The position numbers and the translations under genes were made by a program. Shown here piece by piece: positions 1 through 9,517 of a stretch of 64,000 bases of DNA. The stretch is from an uncultured Alphaproteobacteria bacterium (GTDB lineage Bacteria; Pseudomonadota; Alphaproteobacteria; RF32; CAG-239), in contig CALXTM010000004.1 in assembly GCA_944391415.1 (NCBI GenBank), positions 27,783 through 91,782 on the forward strand, given 5' to 3'. Under the pieces are notes generated by a model, which worked only from the letters and a program-made list of their open reading frames with translations, was not told where the DNA came from and did not search any database. Every line of letters begins with the position of its first letter. Within the stretch, counting starts at the first letter, position 1.

Positions 1-65
1 TATAATGAGCGTCAAATCATTACGCCGGCAGATGCCTCGGATCCGGCGTGGTCGCCATTGCTGCC

Positions 66-1376
66 TTAGGAAATTTTTTTGATAATGCAACTGGTTAATG
101 CCGGTTTGGTCGCTTGGATGGTTATGTTGCGGCGTAATTGCTCGGCAGCGGCTTGATACTGGTCCTCGGTTTGGGCATGAATGACAGCCAGCGGGACAGA
201 AGAATCGACATAGTCGCCTATTTGGCAAAATTCAGAGTAGCCAGTTGCATAGTCAAGCTTTTGATCGGGAGTGGTGCGACCGCCGTTTAGGTCAATTAAA
301 CTCAAGCCGATTGCTCGTGTGTTCATGCCGCAGACATATCCTGGTGTTGAGGCAAATACAGGACGAATGATGGCTGCGCGAGGAAGATAGCGCCACGGGT
401 CATCGCAAAAATCACCGGGACCGCCAAGAGATGCAACCATGGCGGCAAATTTTTCCAAAGCTTGGCCGTTTTCAAGAACTTGTTTTAGGCGATTTTTGGC
501 CGCATCTTTGTCTGCAGACAAAGACGAGGCAACAAGAAGTTCACTGCAAAGCTCAAGAGTAATTTCGTATGTGCGGGAATCGACATGATTGCCTTTGAGA
601 AAATCAAGGGCTTCGGCGACTTCCAAAGCATTTCCCACATTATGACCAAGGACTTGGTTCATATCGGTTATGACCGCGGTGGTTTTGGTATTAGAGGCAT
701 TGGCAACGGCAACAATCGATGAGGCTAGCTTTTCAGCATTTTCAAGTGAATCCATAAAAGCGCCGTTGCCGCATTTTAAGTCCATAACAAGATACTGCAA
801 ACCAGCCGCAAGTTTTTTTGATAAAATAGAGGCGGTAATCAAATCAATTGATTCGACAGTGCCGCAAACATCACGAAGCGCATATATTTTTTTGTCGGCA
901 GGGGCAAGATTGGCAGTTTGCCCGATTATGGCGCAACCAACTGTTTTGACCGTATTGCGAAACAGCTCATTGGACGGCGAGGTTTGGTAGCCGGGAATGG
1001 AGTCAAACTTGTCTAATGTGCCGCCAGTGTGGCCAAGACCTCGTCCGGAAATCATCGGACAATAGGCTCCGCAGGCAGCCAACATGGGGGCAAGCATAAG
1101 GCTTATTTTGTCACCGACACCGCCGGAGGAATGTTTGTCGACAATCGGACCGTCAATATCATCCCACCGCAAAACATCACCGGAATCTCTCATGGCAATG
1201 GTTAAATCCGATGTTTCTTTGGGGGTTAAGCCGTTAAGAAAAATGGCCATGGTAAGGGCCGAAGTTTGGGCATCAACTATGGAGCCGTCTACTACACCGT
1301 GGATGAATTCTTGAATTTCGGAAGTGCTTAGACATTGACCGTCACGTTTTTTGCGAAGTATTTCTTGCGGTAGCAT
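66..1376 (-). CDS. deoA: thymidine (pyrimidine-nucleoside) phosphorylase
   Basis: 436 aa; the N-terminal glycosyltransferase-family-3 region and conserved SGRGLGHTGGT-like loop match thymidine phosphorylase. Last gene of the cdd-pnp-deoC-deoA operon. Confidence 0.85.
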   Translation of the reverse strand: MLPQEILRKKRDGQCLSTSEIQEFIHGVVDGSIVDAQTSALTMAIFLNGLTPKETSDLTIAMRDSGDVLRWDDIDGPIVDKHSSGGVGDKISLMLAPMLAACGAYCPMISGRGLGHTGGTLDKFDSIPGYQTSPSNELFRNTVKTVGCAIIGQTANLAPADKKIYALRDVCGTVESIDLITASILSKKLAAGLQYLVMDLKCGNGAFMDSLENAEKLASSIVAVANASNTKTTAVITDMNQVLGHNVGNALEVAEALDFLKGNHVDSRTYEITLELCSELLVASSLSADKDAAKNRLKQVLENGQALEKFAAMVASLGGPGDFCDDPWRYLPRAAIIRPVFASTPGYVCGMNTRAIGLSLIDLNGGRTTPDQKLDYATGYSEFCQIGDYVDSSVPLAVIHAQTEDQYQAAAEQLRRNITIQATKPALTSCIIKKIS

Positions 1377-1377
1377 G

Positions 1378-2109
1378 TTAGTATCCTCTTTTTAAAGTAT
1401 TAAGCAGCGAATCCAATACCGAGCTGGCTCCGATACGAAAATTGTCGGGGGTAACCCAGCCGGCTCCCATGATAGACTGAGCCAACACAAGATATTTTTT
1501 GGCATCATCAAGTGTTTTTATGCCGCCGGAGGCTTTGAAGCCAACCCTTTTGCCGCTTTTGTAAATGGTCTCCAAGATTATGTTGGCAGCCTCAGGGGTT
1601 GCGGAAATTTCGGTTTTGCCGGTTGAGGTTTTGATAAAGTCGGCTTGGGAGGCAATGCAAAGGTTGGCAACTTGACAAATGTTGCTAACCGTTTTGAGCT
1701 CGCCTGTTTCGATGATTATTTTTAAGGTTTTGGGATGTGAAAGCCTGCGGGCAAGTTCAAGGTAAGAGATGCAAAATTCTTGGTCGCCGCTTAAAAAAGT
1801 GCGATAGGGAAATACAACATCAAGCTCATCGGCGCCAAGTTTGAGGGCTGAGGATATTTCCTTTTCAAGAAGATGTAAGTCTGCCAGCCCAAGAGGAAAA
1901 TTGATAACCGTGGCCACTTTGATGCCAGATGGAAGATGTTGCTTGGCAAAGGGGATAAACTGCGGAAAAATGCAAACAGCGGCAGTTTGACCATAGGGTG
2001 TTGATGCCCTTTGGCACAAAGACAAAATGCTTTCTTCATCATCAGAAGGATTAAGCGATGTAAGGTCAAGGGCGGCAATAAGCCTTTTGGCGGCAGAAAC
2101 GTCATCCAT
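1378..2109 (-). CDS. deoC: deoxyribose-phosphate aldolase
   Basis: 243 aa; DeoC-like TIM-barrel aldolase (IIETGELK...FIKTSTGK lysine region). There is a 1-nt gap to deoA. Confidence 0.85.
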   Translation of the reverse strand: MDDVSAAKRLIAALDLTSLNPSDDEESILSLCQRASTPYGQTAAVCIFPQFIPFAKQHLPSGIKVATVINFPLGLADLHLLEKEISSALKLGADELDVVFPYRTFLSGDQEFCISYLELARRLSHPKTLKIIIETGELKTVSNICQVANLCIASQADFIKTSTGKTEISATPEAANIILETIYKSGKRVGFKASGGIKTLDDAKKYLVLAQSIMGAGWVTPDNFRIGASSVLDSLLNTLKRGY

Positions 2110-2112
2110 GGT

Positions 2113-2928
2113 TTAAAGCTCCTTAACAATATCGGTTAAAAGCAAAGAGAGGTTTGCTGCAGCACGATTGGCAACGGCAAGAGTTTCACAATGAGTTTGG
2201 GCTGATTTTTGTAGCCCGGTACCCATGTTGGTGATGATGGAGAAGCCCAAAACATTGATTCCGACATGGTTGGCCGAAATTACCTCGGGAACAGTTGACA
2301 TACCAACGGCGTCAGCTCCGAGAATGGCAAAAGCTTTTACTTCGGCAGCGGTCTCAAAATTGGGACCAGACACCATCAAATAGACTCCTTCTTTCAGTGC
2401 TAAATTGTGCCTTGCGGCAGTTTTGCGCGCCAAAGTTTGTAAATCCTTGGTATAGGCATTGCTCATATCGGGGAAGCGAGGTCCCAACCGATCATCATTA
2501 GCCCCGATTAGAGGATTGGCAAAGCTGAAATTGATATGGTCGGTGATAAGCATGATGGAACCGGGAAGGATGTCGGGGTTTAATGAACCGGCGGCATTGG
2601 TTACAATAAGAGTTTTGATGCCTAAAAGTTTAAATGTCTTTATTATTTGACTGATAACTTGCGGCGAATGCCCCTCGTAAAGGTGAATGCGTCCTTGCAT
2701 GCATAAAACACGTTTGCCTTGCAGCGTACCTGCGACAAAACGCCCCAAATGCCCGGAAACACTGCTTTGCGGAAATCCTTTTATTTGAGAATAGTCAATG
2801 ATTAACGGAGAGGTAATGGCCGAGGCGATATCACCCAGACCAGAGCCTAAAATTAGAGCAATCTCAGGAGAAAAGCTACCCAAAAGTTTTTTTAGTTGCT
2901 CGGCAAAAGAATAACATGGTTCGGACAT
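2113..2928 (-). CDS. purine nucleoside phosphorylase (PNP family I, PunA-like)
   Basis: 271 aa; PNP/MTAP-family motifs (GSGLG, VGMSTVPE) are present. It sits inside the deo operon. Confidence 0.8.
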   Translation of the reverse strand: MSEPCYSFAEQLKKLLGSFSPEIALILGSGLGDIASAITSPLIIDYSQIKGFPQSSVSGHLGRFVAGTLQGKRVLCMQGRIHLYEGHSPQVISQIIKTFKLLGIKTLIVTNAAGSLNPDILPGSIMLITDHINFSFANPLIGANDDRLGPRFPDMSNAYTKDLQTLARKTAARHNLALKEGVYLMVSGPNFETAAEVKAFAILGADAVGMSTVPEVISANHVGINVLGFSIITNMGTGLQKSAQTHCETLAVANRAAANLSLLLTDIVKEL

Positions 2929-2932
2929 GAGG

Positions 2933-3328
2933 CTAAAACTCCTTGAAACTATGAGGTAAAAGCTCTTTAATGGTTAGAGACTGGATAATGCCGTCGGGAT
3001 TTGCCAAGTGGACTAAAGTGTTGGGCTGACTAAATTCGGCGATGCGTTGGCGGCAAGCTCCGCAAGGGGTGATAAGAGTTGATGATTCAGCATAAATCAA
3101 TATTTCCGAAATTGTTTTGTCGCCGCCGTTTATCATGGCAGAGATAGCGCCAGCTTCGGCGCAGGTTCCGACCGGATAAGAAATATTTTCGACATTGCAA
3201 CCAGAATAAAAGTTGCCGTTGGAACTTAGGATTGCCGCACCAACCGCAAATCGGGAATAAGGAGCATAAGCATTGTGGGCCGATGCTGCGGCCAAATGTA
3301 AAAGTTCTAGGGTGTTATTCATGTCCAT
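2933..3328 (-). CDS. cdd: cytidine deaminase
   Basis: 131 aa; zinc-binding CAE...PCGACRQ cytidine/deoxycytidylate deaminase motifs. Confidence 0.85.
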   Translation of the reverse strand: MDMNNTLELLHLAAASAHNAYAPYSRFAVGAAILSSNGNFYSGCNVENISYPVGTCAEAGAISAMINGGDKTISEILIYAESSTLITPCGACRQRIAEFSQPNTLVHLANPDGIIQSLTIKELLPHSFKEF

Positions 3329-3452
3329 AACCTTGTAAATTTAAGTGTTTTTTTAATTTTATGCTTTATAATAGCGGCAGAATTGTAAGATTGCAAAGAT
3401 TATTTGTCAGTGGTGCAATAAAAGAGATATTTTAAAAACAAGGGGTTCGGAA

Positions 3453-6400
3453 GTGAAGAAAATTGTTTGGGGAATCGTGTTTTTGCTTATGGCCGGAATG
3501 GTCGGAGCAATCGTTTATGTGACAAACATTGACTGGAATCAACATAAAGATAAAATTGCCGAACAATTTTATAATTCGACAGGCAAACGAGTCAATTTTG
3601 ACGGAAAACTAAGCTTTAAAATATTTCCAAGCCCATATTTGAATGCCGCTGATGCCAAAGTGTATAATACCGAAGATAGGTCAAAAAAACCGCTGCTGGA
3701 GATAAAAAATGTTGTGGCGGAATTGGCCTTGATGCCTTTGTTAAAAGGAGAATTCCACGTTAAAAAGATGACGCTGGATGATGTTATTATTAACATCGAT
3801 TGGAGTGATGAGGGGCTGAGTTGGCAAGGAGATTTAAGCCCTGATCAACGGCAGATGATGGAAAACACCAATATGATACTTAACAGCGTATCATTAAAAA
3901 ATGCCGAACTTAATTTTGAAGATGCCGCCTCGGGGATAAACTTTAGACTGGATAATCTTAACGGCGAAATTTTTGCCGAAAGTATTTTTGGCCCGTTTAG
4001 AATAGAAGGTAATTATATTAAGGGCAATTCGCCGGAAGGATTTGCCTTGTCAATCGGTAAGTTGTCGGAAAGTCTTGCCACGACGCTCAATGCGGTGGTT
4101 ACACATCCGTTGTCTGAAAGTTATGTGCGATTTGACGGAAGTTTTCATTTGATAAACAGAGTGTTGAACGGAAGCGTGATTATAGAATCACAGAAAATAA
4201 GCGATTTTGTTAATGCTAATGTCAAAAATATGGCAATTCCTGCAGAATATAATCAGCCGCTTGCTTTGGGGTTTGATATAGCGCTTAACAGGCAAAAAAT
4301 GAGTCTTGCCAATATCGTGATTAAATACGGAGATACTCAAGGCGCCGGTGTTTTGGAGGTGATGCCAAATACCAAAACCAATATTGCGGAAATAAATTCA
4401 AGCTTTAATTTCAGTGATTTGATCTTGGATCCGATTGTGGATTTGGCAAAAGAAAAAATTAAACAGTATAAAGATAACTTTAATCCGCAGTATAAGGTCG
4501 ATTTGTTTGCCAGTATCAAAGCTGTCAGAGCTACTTATCAGGGCGAGGGCATGAAAGACCTGGAAGCTGATGTGTCATTTTATGATAATATAGCGGATGT
4601 TGAAAATTTGGCGGTGGTTTTGCCCGGCAATACCAGCGTAAAATTAACGGGAAACGTATATCCGTATGAAAATCAGTTATATTATCAGGCAGATATAGGC
4701 GTTGATTCGAATGATTTTGCGCAAACGTTGGATTGGTTGAAGATTGTGCCCAAAGCAGATGCGTCGGCGGTTTATAAAAAGATGGCGGCTACGGCAAAAG
4801 TATCGGGTAATTTGGATAAGCTACAGATATCTCCTTTTAAGGTAACTTTGGATAAAACCACTTTGTCGGGAGAGGCCGGAATCGTAATGTCTGACAGAAA
4901 AGATATTATGTTGGTGGTTGATGCCGATGCAATTAATCTTGATAATTATATAAGTCAGATGCCCGAGGAGGAAAAACAAAAAAGTTGGACCGATAGAATG
5001 ATATATCGGTTTAAAAAACTTGGGTGGCTGAATAATATCGATTTGGTGGCAAATACCAAAGTCGGTTTATTGATTTATGAAGGAATGCCGTTTGAAAATG
5101 TTGATTTTAAGGGCAATGTGTTAAATGGCGAAATGGAAATCGAATATGCCAAAGTTGAAAAAATGGCAAATACTGATTTTGAGCTAGCAGGAAAGATGAG
5201 AGGCTTTGGCAATCAGCCAGAGGTTGAAGATCTGCAATATAAAATTAACAGTACGGATGTAGCAGCGCTCATTAATAAATTGGAGCTTGATGTTGCTGAT
5301 TTGGATTATAAAAAATTTAATACCATGAATTTGAGCGGTACAATAAACGGAAATTTTGACGGTGTCGGCATCAATACACAGATTGTTTTGGGAAATTTGA
5401 GCGGCGCATATCAGGGAACGGCAATAAAAGAAGCCGGTAAACTTAATTATGACGGCAGCCTTGAGGTAAGGCACCCTGATTTTGCAACGCTGTTGGAAAA
5501 TATTAAGGCACAATATGAGCCAGGAGTTAAAAACCTGGGGTTGTTTAGACTGAATACGCAAATTAAAGGTAGCAAAGATAATTTTGAGTTGCAAAATATG
5601 AGCGCCAACATCGGTTATACATTGGCTGAGGGAAAAATAGACTATAATAAACTCGGTGAGCGTCCGAAAATTAATGCGCAACTTGAAATTAATAAGTTGG
5701 AGTTGGAAAAGTTTTTGCCCAAAGGTAACAGTGGTTTGATTAATGCTAAATTACAAGATGAAACGCCTGAGTTTTTGCCAAAGCCTTTTTGGAGCAGGGA
5801 TAAAATTGATTATTCTGCTTACAAAGGAGTTGAGGCCGAGGCAGTTTTGGATGTGAAAGAGCTCTCATATAAGAAGTATTTGCTTAAAGACGCCAAAGTC
5901 AATTTTAAGACAAACGGATCGCTGCTTGAGGTCAATGAATTGGCAGGAGTGTATAATGAAGCTCCGGTAACGGCCTCGGGCAAACTCAATATGCAGGAAG
6001 ATCCGGCGATTGATATGGGGCTAAAGATCAGCAACGCTAAAGTTAACAATTTTGGGCTTGGCGGAAAAGTGTATAATCTTAAAGACGGAATTTTCTCGGC
6101 GGCAATAAATTTGAGTTCTAAGGCCGCCAGCGAGCAAGATTTTGTGGAAAATCTTGCGGGGCAGGGTGAATTTAGAGCAGAAAAGACTACAGTCGGCGGA
6201 ATGGGGCTGAAAAATATTTATGATGATTTGCTAAAGAGGGAACAAACCGAAGGATTGGTTGAAAATATCAGGCAAAATATCGGTCAGGGTTCAACAACGG
6301 CAAGTCTGGTTGTCGGAAATTTCAAGCTTAAAGACGGAAAATTTGAGTTGGAAAATGCGGCGATAACAACCGATGATGCCGATGTCAAAGTTACAGGCAA

Positions 6401-7565
6401 CGGTAACTTGGCAACTTGGGAAATGGATGTTATGTTTGATACCAAATATAAAGAACCAAAATATTTGCCGGGGTTTGCTTTTTCATTGAAAAGCAATATG
6501 GAGAATCCTTTGGTTGATGTCGATGTAAGCTCGTTGTTTAGGTTCTATGAAACAAAAGAGCAGCAACGACAAGAGGCTTTGCAAGCCGAGGCTGATGCCA
6601 AAAAGGCTCAGGTTGATGCATTGATAAAAGAGCAAAAAAACATTGCCGATAAATTGGTTGGCAATACCAGAGATACTTTGGAAAAAGATATCGATAACAA
6701 AATGTCCTCGGCGTTTAGCACCGGCAATGTAAATAAATATAATGTGTTGAAGCAAGAAATTGCTAAGACATTGGCCGAGTTGGTAGAGGCCACCAACAAT
6801 GTGTCGGAGCAAAATGCAGACGAAGAAGCGGTGCGGAAATTAAAAGAAGTTAATGCCGCCGCAGCCAAAAGTATTGAATTGTTCGGGCAACAGAGAGATG
6901 CAATATATCTGGATGATTTGCAAAAAATTAACGAAACCAAAGCAGCAGAAATAACCGAAACGGACAATAAATTAAAACAAATGATCTTCAGCTATAATAG
7001 CAAAGTTGAACAGTATAAGGGACGGGTTGCTAAGATAATTACGGACTATAAGCTTGAAAGCGATGAGCAATTTAACTCTGCAGTTGCAAAGGTTGATAAT
7101 GATATTGCCGGGATTGAAAAAGCCGGAGATAGAACGCAGATGGCCGAAAGCTTGAGAAAAGATAATGCGACAATCAAGGATTTTGAGCAAAATAATGCCA
7201 AGTTGGAAGGAATCCTTGAAACAATGAAAAACAATGTTGCCGCTTTGGAAAAAGATATAACCAATTTGACAAGTTATGCCGAGGCAGTAATAAGTGATCA
7301 GGAAAAAGCTTATGCGGAAAAATTAAAACGCCAGGAAGAACAAAGGCAGGTGGAAGAAAACACCGGAACAATAAGTATTAAAAAGACCGGTAAGACCGTA
7401 ACCGTGGTCAGAGATATTGAAGAAATTAAGAATGCAGAGGCAAAAATAAATAATGATGAGGTTAAGGTGCTTGATTTTTCAAAAGAAAAATATCCCGAAA
7501 ACAAGGAACCCAAAACCCCAAAGGAAAATGTGATAAAAAAAGGGCGGAATATTATCATAAATTAA
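3453..7565 (+). CDS. AsmA-family envelope protein with C-terminal coiled-coil extension
   Basis: 1370 aa. GTG start at 3453 with RBS aagggg at 3440-3445. The N-terminal TM helix and the first ~120 aa align with the E. coli AsmA N-domain. The last ~380 aa are KEQA-rich with heptad-like periodicity. Confidence 0.7.
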   Translation: MKKIVWGIVFLLMAGMVGAIVYVTNIDWNQHKDKIAEQFYNSTGKRVNFDGKLSFKIFPSPYLNAADAKVYNTEDRSKKPLLEIKNVVAELALMPLLKGEFHVKKMTLDDVIINIDWSDEGLSWQGDLSPDQRQMMENTNMILNSVSLKNAELNFEDAASGINFRLDNLNGEIFAESIFGPFRIEGNYIKGNSPEGFALSIGKLSESLATTLNAVVTHPLSESYVRFDGSFHLINRVLNGSVIIESQKISDFVNANVKNMAIPAEYNQPLALGFDIALNRQKMSLANIVIKYGDTQGAGVLEVMPNTKTNIAEINSSFNFSDLILDPIVDLAKEKIKQYKDNFNPQYKVDLFASIKAVRATYQGEGMKDLEADVSFYDNIADVENLAVVLPGNTSVKLTGNVYPYENQLYYQADIGVDSNDFAQTLDWLKIVPKADASAVYKKMAATAKVSGNLDKLQISPFKVTLDKTTLSGEAGIVMSDRKDIMLVVDADAINLDNYISQMPEEEKQKSWTDRMIYRFKKLGWLNNIDLVANTKVGLLIYEGMPFENVDFKGNVLNGEMEIEYAKVEKMANTDFELAGKMRGFGNQPEVEDLQYKINSTDVAALINKLELDVADLDYKKFNTMNLSGTINGNFDGVGINTQIVLGNLSGAYQGTAIKEAGKLNYDGSLEVRHPDFATLLENIKAQYEPGVKNLGLFRLNTQIKGSKDNFELQNMSANIGYTLAEGKIDYNKLGERPKINAQLEINKLELEKFLPKGNSGLINAKLQDETPEFLPKPFWSRDKIDYSAYKGVEAEAVLDVKELSYKKYLLKDAKVNFKTNGSLLEVNELAGVYNEAPVTASGKLNMQEDPAIDMGLKISNAKVNNFGLGGKVYNLKDGIFSAAINLSSKAASEQDFVENLAGQGEFRAEKTTVGGMGLKNIYDDLLKREQTEGLVENIRQNIGQGSTTASLVVGNFKLKDGKFELENAAITTDDADVKVTGNGNLATWEMDVMFDTKYKEPKYLPGFAFSLKSNMENPLVDVDVSSLFRFYETKEQQRQEALQAEADAKKAQVDALIKEQKNIADKLVGNTRDTLEKDIDNKMSSAFSTGNVNKYNVLKQEIAKTLAELVEATNNVSEQNADEEAVRKLKEVNAAAAKSIELFGQQRDAIYLDDLQKINETKAAEITETDNKLKQMIFSYNSKVEQYKGRVAKIITDYKLESDEQFNSAVAKVDNDIAGIEKAGDRTQMAESLRKDNATIKDFEQNNAKLEGILETMKNNVAALEKDITNLTSYAEAVISDQEKAYAEKLKRQEEQRQVEENTGTISIKKTGKTVTVVRDIEEIKNAEAKINNDEVKVLDFSKEKYPENKEPKTPKENVIKKGRNIIIN

Positions 7566-7635
7566 CTTGAGGAATAGTTTTTCTGTGTTATATATGATGC
7601 ATGATTAAGCAATAATTATGCGGAGTGTGTTGATT

Positions 7636-8523
7636 ATGAAAAGGCCTGAAGTTTGTATTTTGCCGGTGGCGGGATTGTCTACAAGAAATTTGCCAGCTAC
7701 CAAAGTGTTGCACAAAGGGTTTTTGACCTTGCACAGCAAGCCGATTATTCAATATGCGGTGGATGCTTGTGCCGAGATCGGAATTAAAGAAATCGTATTT
7801 ATTTACAGCGATCAGTCGTGCAAATATTTGTTTGAAAAATATTTTGCTCCGTATCCGTGGCTTGAAAACCATTTGAAAGAAAAGAATAAGCTTGATATTT
7901 TGGCCGATTTGCAAAAGATTATTCCGACAGGGATGAAGTTTTCGTTTGCCGAGCAGCAAAAACCTTTGGGCAACGGACACGCTATTTTGATGGCAAAAGA
8001 TATTGTCGGAGACAGAGATTTTGTTGTGATGTGGCCGGACGACGTTTATATTAATTTTCATGGCAAGGGAATTTTGGCACAGCTTTTGGAAGTATATGAA
8101 CAAGAAGGCGGTATGGTCGAAAACATCATGGAGCTTCCTCGTGAACAATTGGTTAGGTATGGCGTGTTGTCTGGGGCAGTAAGAGAAGGACGAGTTGTCC
8201 ATGCTAAAGGAAAAATAGAAAAACCGGCCTTGGAAGATATTCCATCCAACTACGCCAGTATGGGGCCTTATATTTTGCCGAATGAACTTATGGATATTTT
8301 GCCAGAGGTTGAAAAGGGAACAAATGGAGAGATAAATTTGGCCGATGCCATGGGATTGGCGGCGCAAAGAGGAATGAAACTTACCGGAGTGTTGTGTGAT
8401 GCAATGAGATTTGATTGCGGAACCAATAAAGAGCTGGAAAAATCAAATCTTAAATTGTCATTGATGGAAGATCCTGAGTTGCGGGCGTATTGTGCCGATT
8501 TGCTTAATACCATGACGGTTTAA
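7636..8523 (+). CDS. galU: UTP--glucose-1-phosphate uridylyltransferase
   Basis: The N-terminus ILPVAGLSTRNLPATK...KPIIQY matches the GalU nucleotidyltransferase signature. The ORF opens at 7618 and the likely ATG is at 7636. Confidence 0.8.
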   Translation: MKRPEVCILPVAGLSTRNLPATKVLHKGFLTLHSKPIIQYAVDACAEIGIKEIVFIYSDQSCKYLFEKYFAPYPWLENHLKEKNKLDILADLQKIIPTGMKFSFAEQQKPLGNGHAILMAKDIVGDRDFVVMWPDDVYINFHGKGILAQLLEVYEQEGGMVENIMELPREQLVRYGVLSGAVREGRVVHAKGKIEKPALEDIPSNYASMGPYILPNELMDILPEVEKGTNGEINLADAMGLAAQRGMKLTGVLCDAMRFDCGTNKELEKSNLKLSLMEDPELRAYCADLLNTMTV

Positions 8524-8530
8524 GGTTATA

Positions 8531-8561
8531 AAAGCTGCAATGTGAAAGTTGCAGCTTTTAT
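8531..8561 (+). terminator. intrinsic terminator after galU
   Basis: AAGCTGCAA/TTGCAGCTT stem with an 8-nt loop, followed by TTTTATTG. Confidence 0.6.
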
Positions 8562-8574
8562 TGTTAAAAAAAGC

Positions 8575-8603
8575 TTGCATTTAAATAATTTATTGTTTAT
8601 AGT
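8575..8603 (+). promoter_or_regulatory. sigma70-like promoter upstream of rplQ
   Basis: TTGCAT (8575-8580), a 17-nt spacer, then TATAGT (8598-8603). A CCCCtcaactttGGGG hairpin follows at the 5' UTR start. Confidence 0.5.
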
Positions 8604-8724
8604 CCCCTCAACTTTGGGGAAATTGTGCCCATAAAGTGCAGATATTTATGAAGGTAGTATCTGTTAAAGTGATTATCCGGTCTGCCCGTCAGGCCAGCAA
8701 CATTTGTAAAGAAAGGAAAATGCC

Positions 8725-9261
8725 ATGAGACATGGAGTTAAACATAGAAAACTTAATATGGATACCACTGCTCGCAGAGCTTTGTATTCGAATTTGACAG
8801 CCGCAGTTTTGTTGCATGAGCAAATCAAAGTTACTTTGCCGCGCGCCAAAGAGTTGAGAACTTTTGTTGATAATATGATTACCTTGGGCAAAAAAGGACA
8901 GCTTAACAATCGTCGTCAGGCATTGGCCTTTTTGCGTGATGAGGAAGTTGTTGCCAAGTTGTTTTCTACTTTGGCAGAGCGTTATAAGAATCGTAACGGT
9001 GGTTATACCCGCGTTTTGCGTGCAGGGTTCCGTTATGGCGATTGTGCGGAAATGGCTATTGTGGAGTTGGTCGATCGTGATGTTAATGCCAAAGGTGCTA
9101 AAGATTTGGCCAGAGTAGCCGCAGAAAAAGCAGCACAAGAAGCTGCAGAAAAAGAAGCTGCCGCAGAGGTTGCCAAAGAAGAAAAGAAAGCAGAGAAAAA
9201 AGCAGAAAAGAAACCGGCTGAGAAAAAAAGCAAAAAAGCTGAGAAGAAAGACGCCGAGTAA
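8725..9261 (+). CDS. rplQ: 50S ribosomal protein L17 with ~50-aa Lys/Ala/Glu-rich C-terminal extension
   Basis: [11 protein letters not shown]...TLPRAKELR...GGYTR matches L17. The tail is [28 protein letters not shown].... It is encoded away from rpoA. Confidence 0.9.
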   Translation: MRHGVKHRKLNMDTTARRALYSNLTAAVLLHEQIKVTLPRAKELRTFVDNMITLGKKGQLNNRRQALAFLRDEEVVAKLFSTLAERYKNRNGGYTRVLRAGFRYGDCAEMAIVELVDRDVNAKGAKDLARVAAEKAAQEAAEKEAAAEVAKEEKKAEKKAEKKPAEKKSKKAEKKDAE

Positions 9262-9282
9262 GCTTAGATAAAAAAAGTAACA

Positions 9283-9319
9283 AAACACCGCCAGAATGCA
9301 TCCGGCGGTGTTTTGTTTG
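9283..9319 (+). terminator. intrinsic terminator after rplQ
   Basis: ACACCGCC...GGCGGTGT stem followed by TTTGTTTG. Confidence 0.65.
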
Positions 9320-9378
9320 ATAAAAATGCCGGAATATAAACGGTTTGAGCAAAGTAAAAAAAATTTTGTAAAATAATA

Positions 9379-9408
9379 CTTGCAAGAATCAGAAAAAAGA
9401 GTCTATTA
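9379..9408 (+). promoter_or_regulatory. sigma70-like promoter for rpoBC
   Basis: TTGCAA (9379-9384), an 18-nt spacer, then TATTAT (9403-9408). Confidence 0.45.
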
Positions 9409-9462
9409 TCCAGCGAATTTTGGCCACGAATCGTGGCAGTTGCATGCAATTATTTTAATGGT

Positions 9463-9517
9463 CCGTCAAGGGGAGCTCCAGTTTTCTTGTGGTTTGACGG
9501 CTTTTTCGTTTTTTTAA
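9463..9517 (+). promoter_or_regulatory. terminator-like hairpin (putative attenuator) in rpoB 5' leader
   Basis: CCGTCAA...TTGACGG stem enclosing the GGAGCTCC palindrome, followed by CTTTTTCGTTTTTTT. Confidence 0.45.

Noticed and set aside
5184-7558. Several 60-165-aa minus-strand ORFs inside the asmA-like gene
   Set aside because: All are antisense to one long, coherent AsmA-family reading frame. Their translations are I/F/L/S-rich, typical of AT-rich reverse frames.
9118-9258. Purine-rich low-complexity DNA (GAA/AAA/GCA repeats) as a possible nucleotide-level tandem repeat or VNTR
   Set aside because: It is in-frame coding sequence for the KA-rich L17 tail. No exact tandem period is visible beyond codon-level bias.
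8689-9288. 199-aa minus-strand ORF overlapping rplQ
   Set aside because: It is antisense to the L17 gene and to its GAA/AAA-rich tail region, giving an F/L/C-rich nonsense protein.
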